A DNA stretch of 56,972 nucleotides, filler included, from Platydemus manokwari (lineage: Eukaryota): NCBI GenBank assembly GCA_037951405.1. It is 5 parts of 5 records of this genome, joined end to end, with 100 filler letters (N's around TTAATTAATTAA, not from the genome) between each part and the next. Parts side by side here need not be neighbours in the genome. Positions count along the whole stretch, not along the records: positions 36,596 to 47,903 come from JBBMOY010774424.1; positions 48,004 to 56,972 come from JBBMOY011321315.1; 3 more parts are not named here. One strand, given 5' to 3'. Position numbers and translations under genes: made by a program. Below, piece by piece: positions 38,536-50,274 of the stretch; the stretch's first letter is position 1, and every line of letters begins with the position of its first letter. The notes under the pieces were generated by a model that was not told the DNA's origin, made no database searches, and worked only from the letters and a program-made list of their open reading frames with translations.

Positions 38536-39339
38536 TAAAATTTTTTTGAGTTTTTACAAAATTATCAATGTATAAACATGAAATTTTAACAAAATCTAAA
38601 AATCAATAATCTCCAATCTCATGACTTATCTGTTAAATTCAGTACAGAGACTCAAAAAAGCAGTACAAATCACCAATATATTCTTCTCAGTGTGTGTTCA
38701 TTCAATTACAATTTAAATGATAAAATATTTTAGTAAGGACATTGACGCGATCGATAAAATTTCAAATTATCGAGAATGCGTTACATGTTTTATCGCTGCA
38801 CATTCATGTATTTGTTTGTAATCAAAATTGTCAAAAACAATATTATGAAAATTATTATATTTGTAAATGAAGGAATAAAAATATGGTTAAAAGCCTCCCA
38901 ATTATGTGTTCCGGGGTTGCTTTTAAAATATCTTATCAATCTCAATATTTTATAAATTAATACTATGGATCAATGCCGTCTTGATTAGTCCTGATAAACC
39001 CCAAGGTATAATTTACGAAACCTTAATTTAAGACTTTCTATCTTCACCTCGCGATCAATACTATTTGATGATAGTACGATCGGCAGCAATGATCCGAATA
39101 TTATATTTATTACTTTAATCTCAAATTTAACTATTTTCAGCTGTACTATCTATTTTATCAAATCACCAAGCTATCAAATACAGTAAATTTTATTGTTATA
39201 CAAAGTTATATCAAATATAAAAGTTACAAATTTGCTATTTTATACAGCAAAAAATTACACTTAAACGACGACCTTACAATTCTGGAAATAAACAGACGGT
39301 TGCAGACTTCATCTCGAGAAGCCGACCTAATAACTGTAT

Positions 39340-39600
39340 AAAGTTTTTGTGAGATAAAATTCTATAATATGTCGATATACTATAGATCAGTATTTTACTG
39401 GTATGAGTCTTACTTTGGATTTTATAGAAAAATATCGGGCATATACGGGAACATTGGTCTTCTGAATCCGGATGATCTTCCACAGTTCGTCGAATTGAAA
39501 TTTAAATTCTTCTCTATAATAATTAATTAATAATTCTCTACATGTGAGAATACAATGAGGCCTCCAATAATCGACCTTCATTTATTACAATTCAATTTAA
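39340..39600 (-). pseudogene. Possible degraded F5/8 type C (discoidin) domain
   Basis: MKVDYWRPHCILT...YYREEFKFQFDELWK...VPVYARYFSIKSKVRLIPVKY*..RHIIEFY resembles 'lqVDlxxp..it / W / pixARyVRiiP...R.Ely'. Confidence 0.3.
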
Positions 39601-42264
39601 GAACTCATTTACACGATCCTCGTAACTTATTGATTTATTCATACAAATCAAAAATTTTAAATCAACTTTTAAATCTTTTCCGGAGAGCTTTCTTTGCTAA
39701 TCTTAATTAGGCATATAAACAGATATTTAGATTAGCTTAATGTTAAATATTTCTTTCAAATAGACAAAATAGTCAGGCAAATCATGAACACAGTATTGAA
39801 AGAATCGATAAACACAGATTCAATAAGCGAATGTGCCAAAAATTAATCAATATTAATCCATGTCAATCAATTGGAGTACACCAACCATGTAAATTAAAAT
39901 TTTCAGATTTCGTTGTTAGTTAATACTTCAGAGATATTGTATCAGTTAAGAAAGACTTTGTCGTGACTATTATCTTTGTCATTTTTAATTTCTGTGTGCT
40001 AATCCCGCTTTGACTTTAATAATTTGGATGTGTTTCTTGACCGCTACTGTTTAGCAATTTAATTTTCTGCAAAATATTTTCATAGCTTATTATAATTCTG
40101 ACATTTAGCGTTATTTAAAAATCTCCCCTGCAATACTGTCAGAGATTTACTGCAGCTAAATACTCAAAATCTGATTATGTACACGAGTCACACTTTTAAA
40201 TCAATATATTTAATACTTCCACTCCAAAATCACATCTTCAATGCATTATCAATAATCAGTTCACACTAGGGTTGTCATCTGAACTATAAAAAAGAAACTG
40301 AAATAACGACCATAAAATATTTATCATTAAAATAATCACATTAAATAATAGAAAAATTACCGACCATGAAAGACTCGTTGTTTCTCACGAGAATCAACTC
40401 TTATTGAACTTTTCACCTATGTGTACCAGTTGTATTGTACCTTTATATATTTACTCTATGATTCAGTCTACACACTAGTTTATAAGTAGGTTTTTTCTAA
40501 CGCTTGCGCTATTGGCTTATCTTGGTATTTGCGGTTGGAATTAGTTATTGGCATGTGTGCTTATCGTATCTGTGTATACAGACCTTTCTGAGTAGTGTTC
40601 TGTGACCTACCTATGTACATTACCTGTTTTTGTCACAAGCACAACAATACATATAAGAACTGATCAAGAAACAAATATAACCCTGCTGAACCCTGAACCG
40701 ATATGTTGATTTGATTAATCTAATGGGAAAATTAGTTTATTCAGATAATAAATGACTTACCGTGGTAACTCCAAATAAAGTGTAAACAATTATTTCAGAA
40801 TGATAATAATTTATTTACTGCCTAAATATATGGCGGATTTGAATTCAAAAAATACATCGCAGACCAAGAATACTTTTTTCTGATGTATTAAGTTGCGCAG
40901 TAATAAAAATATTGTTCTGAAAAAATATTGTGTCACTGTTATGATTCTCTTTTAATAATTGCGTGTGCGTAAGATCTGGTTTCCGCTAACATAATTGTGA
41001 TTTTCGTTCGTTCCTATTTTCCATCAATATTTCCTATTTTGGGGGTAATGAATCAGTTTTTATTATAAAATAAAAGCTTTCCAGCTTGTATCTGTGTGAA
41101 ATATTAATAACATAGTTCATTTTATAATCTTTTATTCTGTCGTTATTAAATAATTTATCTTATTAATTGATTTTTGAAGAAATTCCTCCAAAAATTCCAA
41201 TTTTAAAGAAAACAAACTATTTTAAAACTACTCCTTAAAAGAACAATTCTAAATTTAAAAGTTTTGTATTTCTTAAATTATTATTACTTATTTTATCTCC
41301 TTTACCTCTGTTATCGAAGTAAAAATGTTCATTCAGAGGGTATCTTTTAAAAATATTCATTGATATAAATTATCATGATTTGACTTGAGCTTATTACTTT
41401 CATTACAGGTGAAGCAAATCATAAATAATAACTGAATCCAAAAAGAGAGTCTAAAACGCTAATATATTTAGTTTATAATAAGTTTAGTTTGGATCTTTAA
41501 GTTAAAAAGAAATTAACAAAACAAACATTATCAACATTATAATTATAAATATTAATATAAATATAAAATATTGATATAAAAGTTAGAGTTTTTCGAAATC
41601 CAGTCAATAACGATTCAAAATCTCTGACGAAAATTAGAAATGATTAAATTTAAATGTCTGGTTATTTGTTTTAGTGTGCCATTTTTATTGTAGCAATTTT
41701 TAAAATAAACAATATTAATTAATTTTTTATGTAATGCTTGTGGAGTTACGGTTAAAATAAGCAATAAATAATTTAATTTGAGCATAATAAATGATAGAAT
41801 TTTGAAATTTAAAACCTCGTAACATGAATAAGTAATAATGATGAAAAATTTCAATAAATATGATCTTCATTAAACATTAGAATAAAAATAATGATTTTAG
41901 TGTCACAGAATTAAATGATAATAATCTCAATTTTGGTAAAGAGATCATAATAAAATAAACAATATTCTGAAGTAATAAATAATATTCTTTTAAAGAAAAC
42001 AATAAATGTATTGAGGAAAAAAATAAATCCCAGAAAAATAATATTTAATCTCGATAACAACCTCCGAGATACAAATAATATAAATCGATTACAAAATCTG
42101 TTGTAATTACCTAATAATTCTAAAATCGCTAGAGATCATTTTTATTTTGATTACCCAAATAAATGGCATTAAATCTAAGGACTAAGTATGTATTTCAGTG
42201 TCCTTCAGATTGAACATCCAATTACTTCTACATCATTTCTAAAAATTCTGGAACGGTTTTTCCT

Positions 42265-42600
42265 TTAATTTACCGGAAAATTAAAAATAATATTTCTTTT
42301 TTCACCAGATACATAACTTCCATCTGCCATGAAACATTCAACATTTATTAATGTAATCTCAGAGTTATTTATTTTATTTTCTGATAAATCAATTCCTGGA
42401 GTACTTGCTATAATATTATTGAAGTCTAAAAGAGATCCTAAAGATAGAAATTTTGTTTTACAATTCAAATTTTGTGGTTTACAATTTAAAGCTGCTTTTT
42501 CGATTAAATTTTATAAATTCCAACAGCTTTTTAAATATTCACTGATATTCAGTGCCAGTAATCAACTGCGCTAATTCTTGTTATACTTTATCAGTTTCTA
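42265..42600 (-). pseudogene. Polinton/Maverick (adintovirus-like) minor capsid (penton) gene fragment
   Basis: SLGSLLDF-NNIIASTPGIDLSENKINNSEITLINVEC-FMADGSYVSGEKRNIIFNF is collinear with the Polinton penton pattern SigsLLGF...S..pvni..v..IrVeC.i..GsY.nG...h.i..F (from memory). The upstream part is broken by stops and frameshifts. Confidence 0.7.
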
Positions 42601-42649
42601 GTTGATTTAAACTAGACCCGCATCTGCTTTCTTATCTTGTTTTGCTTGA

Positions 42650-45600
42650 TTTATTGCAATTGAAAAAAAATACTAAAATTTATTAAGCATAAACATAGTT
42701 TTCTTAGCGATGCGGTGGCACATGTCCTCACATCAATACACAATATGTACAATAGCATTCTTTGGATGAATTATTCTTCTTTGAGATTCTTGTTACGGAT
42801 TTTCTCTTGTTTCGTTCGATAGATATCTATCAGATTGTGGTGGATGAGTTCAGTTGGTTAAAGGCCGAAGCAATTGATCAGTACTTTTCGTAGTTCAATA
42901 TTCGATGTTTTTCGAAGTTTTCACTAATATCGAAAGGGATCTTAAGGTCGATGATGTACACTTGCCTTTTTTCTTTGTTTCTGATAATCAGATCCGGACG
43001 TAGTTTAGTAATACTTTCCGGTGGGCTTGTGTCGATATCCGTGTCCAGTCCGAGTGACTGTAGATACTTGCCGAGATGATATAGAATAACTAAGTGTCAT
43101 TTTGATGCCAGACCAGGGACTGCTGGACAATGAATGAAGATTTGAGCGTCAGTTTCCTGCTCCGCTTGGCATCTTCGGCATAGTGTTGATTTCCCCATTT
43201 TGATGAAATATGGGCTGTAATTGAGTAAGAGAAGATTGTTTCTGGCCTGGAATGCAAAGATACAAACTTCCGGTGATAGGTGGAAATTTTTGAGAGGTTT
43301 CTGCGATAGATGGCTGGCCAAGAAGCAGTGGACAAGTCTTCCTTGTTTATTCATTTTTGCCCATTCGTTATAGAAATTTATAGCAATGGAGTCATGCAAT
43401 ATGTCCGATAATTTTCCACGATTATCAAAATTGGAATGATACGTCTTGTCGTTGTCTACGGTTAATTTGAGAAAGACATCGGTATGATGATTATAGAACT
43501 CAACTTCAATTTTGATTTTCCTGAGTTTCCTGGCAGCGAACCGTAGTTTGGTCCATCATGTTGCTGCAGATGATGGTTTCTCAGTGGGCCGTTTGTCCAA
43601 TATCCAGAGTAGAGCAGTTAGTAAGTCATATGAGTCGGTCACTAGGTGTTTGACGGCATTTGTGATATGATTTGCGATGAAAGTTCTGAAGTCATGATCC
43701 GGACTCGTGAGGTATCTGAAGGCTCCGACTATGCTTTGGACGCAGTATTCTATTAGAGACGTGGTAAGTCCGATTGCGCCGAGTTTTTTTGGAGTGTATA
43801 GAAAATTGTTGTTGCTGGATTTTGAGCCGTTCATATTTAGAATTTTCCTTGAGATTTGGCGAATTTTCTTGTTGAATGATTGAACTAGTTGGCCGTGTTG
43901 GTCTGTAATTAATTTTTGTAAATCCAAATTTATGGTTTTGGACCTGTTGAATTCGGAGGTGGAATGGCAATCTCGAGTGAAGGAAGATGTTGTAAACCTG
44001 GAACTTCTGCAAAGAATGTAGTCTGGAGTCTGCAATCGCTTCGAAGTTGGTGATAATTGATTCCAGTAAGTGGTCCACAGGTGTTCGTTTTAGTAGTCCA
44101 AAAGGTACTCCGAGATATTTATATTTATTGTCCTAGTTCACAATTGGTATTGACTGGTCGAAGATTGTCAAGTCCATACGGTTCCTGAAGTTCTTTGAAA
44201 AGTATCCGCATTTTGCCGTGTTGATCGTAAGCTGAATGTCATTGGCTTGGTGAGCTAGGTTATTGATTCTATTTTCTAGGTTTTCACCAGAGTTTGCGAT
44301 GATTACGATGTCATCAGAGTAGGCCAATGTCGAAAATTGATTATCACAGACGGTCAGTGGTTCAGGTAGGCTAGCAGATGATCGTAGTAAGACGTCTATT
44401 GATGGGCAGAAGAGTCATTGACAAGGGACAACCTTGTTTGACTCCTCGATAAATTGGAATCGGTGATGTTTTCAAGATTCCGCAAGTGTAGGTCGAATTA
44501 CATTCTTTATATATGGCTTGGATCCTCTTGATGTAATGTGTATTACAACCCATTTTGTTGAGGGTGTACCATATAACGTCGTGCGGCAGGCTTGGAAAAG
44601 CTTCCTTGAAATCGATCCAGTATATATGTATGTCTTTGTTGTGTTGTGCCATATATTCTTATAGCTAGAAGAGATAGGCATTGTACTCGGCACAACCATT
44701 CGATGCGAACAACGCTTTTTGATTCGTAGATAGTAAGTTACCGGCATCGATCCATTTGAGAAGACGTAGGTTTAGTATGGTGGTAAAAATCCGATAAGAC
44801 GTGTCCGTAAGAGCAATTGGTCTCCATGATGTGATGATATGGTATGTCGATTGTTTCTCTGGCTTAATGAGGAGATTTGTGTTGCACTCCTTCCATTGAT
44901 TCGGTATTGATTTGGTTTGCAGTACTCTTTTGAATAGTGACTGGAGGAAGATGTGCTGTGGGTCAATTTTTTTCTAGTATATTCGAATGTATATTCGATC
45001 TCTGCGAGGATAATGTCTTTTAGGTTTGAATTTTCCTCGTGTCTTGGCAGGTTTGGATTGAAGTTTGCTGGTAGTTGAGACGGTGCCGGTTTGGAATAAT
45101 GATCAATAATTTCTTTTAAACTTGGAGTAGATGTTGGATTCGTTGATGGCATGATGCTCCGTCGATATTTTTTCCGTATGAGGATGAGATTTGATATCGT
45201 TTTGTTGATATCGTTTCTTAGTTGAGGCAAGACTGGAGCGAAGAAGACTGGAGAGTTGCTTCCATAGTCCAGTATGTGTTGAATGACAAACAGTTCGCAG
45301 TCTGGCGAGTTCAGTTGTATCGGTAGGTCCTGTAAAGTGGATTGTGACATGTAGATGGTCTCCCTGATAGCAATCAGATTATGGAGGATGGAATCCAGCT
45401 TGTTCCACATTGATTCCTAAGCAAAAGAGAGGTGCTTCGTTGCCGGATCGATAAAGAATGTACATTGTTTGCTCCAATATGCGATGTATAGGTTCCAGTG
45501 GGTATTCTTCCAGTGGATTAACGAGAAGGCACATCTCCAAGTTGCTAGTTTGTGGAATGGAAACGACTTATTGAGTGATTGGTAATCGCTGTTTTGGATT

Positions 45601-47700
45601 GTTTTTGCCGGTTGAGGTTTTATTGAATATGTTGTAGCCCATATATGAAAGCTTGTTGGTTAGGTAGGTTTCTTTTTTGCGCCACTCGATAGTCATTGTG
45701 ACAATAGGTCCTCGGTGGTCAGAGGGAGTGCATCGATATCCGTATTGTTTGCTGAGTTGGTTGATCTGTGGGATTCAAGATAATATTTGAGACCAGTGAC
45801 AAGGCGGATGAAACCACAAAAGCATTGTACTGCAAACTCGGACGGGATGTTGATGTTTTGCGCTTGATTGAAATGTTTTGGCACAATTATGGTATTGAAA
45901 AATGGAAATCTGTAAATTTTTGGGCACAAATTACATTTTGCATTCTTCTCGTCAGTGAGGGTCTCAAAATGTAATAAAGGCTTCGGTTTGAGTAGCTCCT
46001 CCGTATAGTTTTGATAGAGAGTTACTAATTTGCATTTGTCTTTGAGAAGGGTTTGATGTGGTTTGATTTGCTGGAGTAACATTTTCTCGAGATGCGTCTT
46101 CTTCGGGATCTGAGAGAGCAAATGGAGCTGCCATTGATCCATTGGTTGGTTTGGATTGCTGTTGGGTGTGCGTAGAAATATTTTGCAACATTCTTCCATT
46201 TTTTTGATATATTCTTGATTTTATTCTGAGCAGTCTTTGCATGCGCAAACTAGGAGGGCTGTGATGTGCAGAAGTTGATGTGGTAGGTCATCTATAGCTG
46301 GTTGGAATTTGATTTGGCAGACTTGCTTTGTTGTTTCTTTTGGTGTTGGTTTTGTAGTTAGAAGTTCATTTGACGGTAGTTTCTCCAGTGAATCCACAGT
46401 TATTAGTTGAAGGAATTAGTACATGTTCCACATCCGCATTTGATTTATTGTAAGCTGTTGAAGGTACTTGTTTGCTCAATTCTCCGAGACGTACTTTTAG
46501 TTGCGGTGCACGGGTTGACATTTGGGCTGTTTTTGAAGCAACTGAGATTCTGGAAAGTCTTGGTATATTTACTGTGGCATTGGGTGCATTTGCATTTCAG
46601 GCTGTCTACCATGAGCTTAATCTTTTTATGTTTCTTGTGTATTTTTGGTTTCTTTGAGCATTTATTGTTTGTGGGGATGATTAGATCTGGTGAGAATTTG
46701 CTTTTATGTTCATTTTCTTGTTTTTGGCATACTTTATAATTGATGAGTTTCAAGAAAGTGGTAAGTTTGCTTCCAGTTTTCTTGCACTTTTTCACTTTGC
46801 AGTTTGATATCTTGGTTGATTTTAACAGGTCAAGTGAGATGTCTTTTGATCCGTTGGTAGGCCGTTCTGTTGTGAGTTTGTTCTTGAAATTTGGTTTTGC
46901 GTTGGGTTCTTTTTGCGTTAAGTCAGTCAGTGGTGTCCATTTATTGTAGAAGCTTGTCTGGGTTGATTTTAATTTTTGGCTCTTTGAATTTTGATTTTTC
47001 CATTTTTGATTTGCCGGATTCCCATTGAAAGTTTGTTGTGCCGGAACGTTGTTTAATTTTTTGAAGAATTTGGGGACATATTCTGGGTTCTCGTTAAAAG
47101 TTCGTTCTGCCGGGACGTTATGATGGAATCGATAATGCAAATCGTTTTGATTTTCAGGGTTTTTTGTATCCGATAGAAATTTTTTGGTCCAGTACCCTTT
47201 TTTCTGGTGTTGCTCTCCTTAGGTCTTTCTTGTGTTGTTGAATTTTTTGCTATGTGGGGTTGATCAAAACCATGTTTGGGTTTTGACGACTCTCCGTTAG
47301 CTTGGGATTCATGAGAGAATCTTCCGGTATTGAATCTAAATCGTTGCGATACATTCTGTACGTAGTGAGCCAGTAATCCATGAGAGTTGTTCTCAATGTT
47401 GCTTTCAAGTTGCAACATTGTTTGCTCTAAATGATTCCGGATTTGCCAAAACTCTTCTTCAAAATAAGTCTTAGTCTATTGGGCATAGTCTACCTGTTCG
47501 TTTCCGTCGTCGAGAGTCTTTCCATGTTGTTCGCCGTTTCGACTAGCCTTGACGTTGAAATCGGGAGTTGCATCATCATAAGTTGTAATCAAGGGGAATT
47601 CATTGATAGGTATTATATTAATATTCTGTTGATATTCATATTGCATAGTTGAGTAATATCTTGCTTGAAATTTAGCTGGTTTCATCACGTGGGACTTCAT
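42650..47700 (-). mobile_element. Near-full-length NeSL-like (RLE-type) non-LTR retrotransposon, pseudogenised
   Basis: In order: Lys/Asn-rich upstream frame (47700-46445); Cys/His zinc-finger-like motifs (CNLC...HF..; 45693-46199); Ulp1-type protease NTHWNL...FFIDP...PIQLNSPDCELFV (45270-45530); RT YWIDFKEAFPSLPH, GVKQGCPLS, AYSDD (44133-44652); KKLGAIGL thumb; CCHC knuckle CRRC...IFIHC (43097-43399); restriction-like endonuclease LRPDLII...IIDLKIP (~42940-43005); AATAAA near 42650. Confidence 0.9.
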
Positions 47701-47903
47701 TCAAACAAAAAATATGACGCATATTGATTTATTGTATAAATTCACAATTTTCTGGATATATCAATTTTTCTGTTTTAAATTCTTTTAAATAAATAAATTT
47801 ATAAAAATAATTATATAACTTTATTATTATATTAGGTGTATTAGTATGATTCCGGCTTTTACAAAAATGAGTTAAAATTTGTATTTCAATGAATAAATTT
47901 AAT

Positions 47904-48003
47904 NNNNNNNNNNNNNNNNNNNNNNNNNNNNNNNNNNNNNNNNNNNNTTAATTAATTAANNNNNNNNNNNNNNNNNNNNNNNNNNNNNNNNNNNNNNNNN
48001 NNN
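47904..48003. other. Artificial contig-joining spacer
   Basis: N44-TTAATTAATTAA-N44. Confidence 0.95.
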
Positions 48004-49059
48004 TTTACTGATTTTGATTTGCTTTAAAAGCTAGTACTTTTGATACTGGGTAGAGAGCATATTTATATATTTTCGGAAAATCTTTAAATTGAGGTTCAGT
48101 ATTTCTTCGAGAACCTCGTACTAATTATAATTCATTGATTAGAAACCATTTTATCCATGTAATCATTGATGTCAGATATTTATATTGTTAAAAATACAAA
48201 AACAAGATTTTTGGTACCAATAAAATTTCGAAACTCACCAATAAAATGCTAACAAACATATTAACCTTAACATTTACCTTCTGTCAAATACGACACTACA
48301 TTGTTGGCAAAAATTTGTAGTTATTTTTACCATATAAAATATCTGTTATTGTTTGTCCATGCAATTAATCTATTGGTTTTGTATTTACCAGTTGTCACCG
48401 AGAATTTATTTGTATTATTGATGTTTGTGGTTTTATCAACAGCAATATTTGATAGTGATAATTTCATGGTAAATATGGTGGCAAATCTATGATATGTTAT
48501 TGGTTCAGGTTATTTGACGGTATCTACAAAGAATTCGGCTAAATTGTTGAAACAATTCACAATTTAGAACGCATACAGTTTGAAACTGTTTTGTTAGATA
48601 TGGTGCAATGTGCTTATGACTTAATAGAATCATTTATTAAAAATATAAATGAAAATGTTGACACAATTAAAATTTCGTTTAGTGTCTCTAAAATTAGATA
48701 AATAATTTCATAAAGGTTACTTACTTAGAAGATAAAACGTCGTCTCTTTTATGAAATGCGACTCGAAATATTTTCCACAATATATGTATATTTCGTTGGG
48801 TGTTCCGTATTTTAATACTTATCGATTCTGAAAGACTTTTTTTATTGTTTACTCGTTTTAATTATTAATGTGTGGCAATATTTTGTATCTACTGAACTGG
48901 TGAAATATCGCAAGGATATATTTTTCTTCTTCATTTGATTTTATCAGCGGTTTCCAAATAAAATCAAAATGAATTGAAAAATCTTGAAAATCACTAAATT
49001 ACAAAGAATTATTACTATGTACCATTTCGATTCTATTATGCTTTATTCTATCTTGATAT

Positions 49060-49250
49060 TAATAATAATTATTATTATCGAAATGTAAATAATAGTAATA
49101 ATAATAATATTTATATTGACAATAATGCTAATAATAAAAAAAATAATAACAGTAATAATATCAATAGTGACAATGATTATAATAATAATAAAAACAATAA
49201 TAATATTAATAATGATCATAATGATAATAATAGTGATAATAATAATGACT
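49060..49250. repeat. Degenerate AAT-rich low-complexity tract
   Basis: Interrupted aat/aac/agt/gat triplets. Confidence 0.8.
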
Positions 49251-49761
49251 ACTATATCGAAGGACTAAGTTATTAAATCCAATTATTCTATCTCTTCTGA
49301 CTCAATACATATTGTTATTTATAAACTAAATCCTGTTTATGATAAACATTCACCACGAGGAAGTCAGTAGTTATTTTTTACAAGAGATCATCTAGATTTT
49401 CATTATAAAAAATAAATACATCATAATTTTGTTATTATTGTAAACAAACTTTAAGCGTTGTTATTGTAGTGGATATTCGACCTTTATGACGTTATTTGCA
49501 ACTTATTTATATTTTTGACTTCAACAAAAACTTTGGTCAAAGCTTGTTATGAATTCTATATATATCAAATCAGGAAACGCATACTTTTTCTTTGAATCAA
49601 ATACATGTACTGTTTTTTTTATAAAATATTCAATTTCAAGTAGAATAATAAAGTAGAAAAATAAAAATTTCAGCATCATATATTACTGAAAATATTCCTA
49701 CCGACAATGAAATTGATATTTGGAATAATAATAAGAATAATAAAAAGGCATTGTTGACTAT

Positions 49762-50274
49762 CTACACAATATATGGAGAATATTCGTCTTTTCGACAGTA
49801 ATATCGGCGACAAATACACACAAGAAAGATTTGAACGATCAAAATAATTGAAGCAATACATATCACGATTATAATGAATAAACGCGATTGATTCCTGATA
49901 TCTTTTTTAACTGCAGCTGAAAAGGGTTTGTGTGAACACGGGCGAATTGGTTTTTGATAATGTTTGATTGGAATAATTTCTTCATCGTGGGTAAGATAGT
50001 ATTCCAAAATTAAGGTCTCCTGACATAATGTTTCGAAAACAAAAACACGTTTTATTTCGCTACAACACAACACTTTATTATGGACATGGTTCATTGATTT
50101 CACATTTGAATTTGTCAGTAAAATATGAACTTTGAAATCGTCTTGACAAGTAAAATTCAAAATCAGATGGGTTTCAAGACGAATATAAGACATTGTATAA
50201 TTCACATTTGTTTGTTGTTTTGATTGGCAGGAATTCGTTGCGAACAAAAGCAAGGAAATTAAAATTTTTATCAT
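49762..50274 (-). CDS. Orphan single-pass type I membrane protein, about 170 aa, single exon
   Basis: ATG at 50274. Signal peptide MIKILISLLLFATNSCQS; Cys-containing ectodomain with N-glycosylation sequons NYT, NFT and NQS; TM LFIIIVICIASIILIVQIFLVCIC; basic stop-transfer RR; tail RYYCRKDEYSPYIV*. Confidence 0.7.
   Translation of the reverse strand: MIKILISLLLFATNSCQSKQQTNVNYTMSYIRLETHLILNFTCQDDFKVHILLTNSNVKSMNHVHNKVLCCSEIKRVFVFETLCQETLILEYYLTHDEEIIPIKHYQKPIRPCSHKPFSAAVKKDIRNQSRLFIIIVICIASIILIVQIFLVCICRRYYCRKDEYSPYIV

Noticed and set aside
40379-40637. TG...CA bounded GC-richer block, possible solo LTR (similar block at 22696-22802)
   Set aside because: No TSD and no second copy in the window.
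42605-42625. gcgggtctagtttaa (minus strand) resembling a tRNA 5' end as a possible NeSL target
   Set aside because: No anticodon arm or T-loop (GGTTCRA) follows. No SL RNA, U2, tRNA or 28S sequence is recognisable at either element's ends.
24600-45530. Apparent ubiquitin/SUMO gene cluster (E2 plus three Ulp1-like domains)
   Set aside because: Spans an artificial spacer, and two of the domains are parts of independent retrotransposons.
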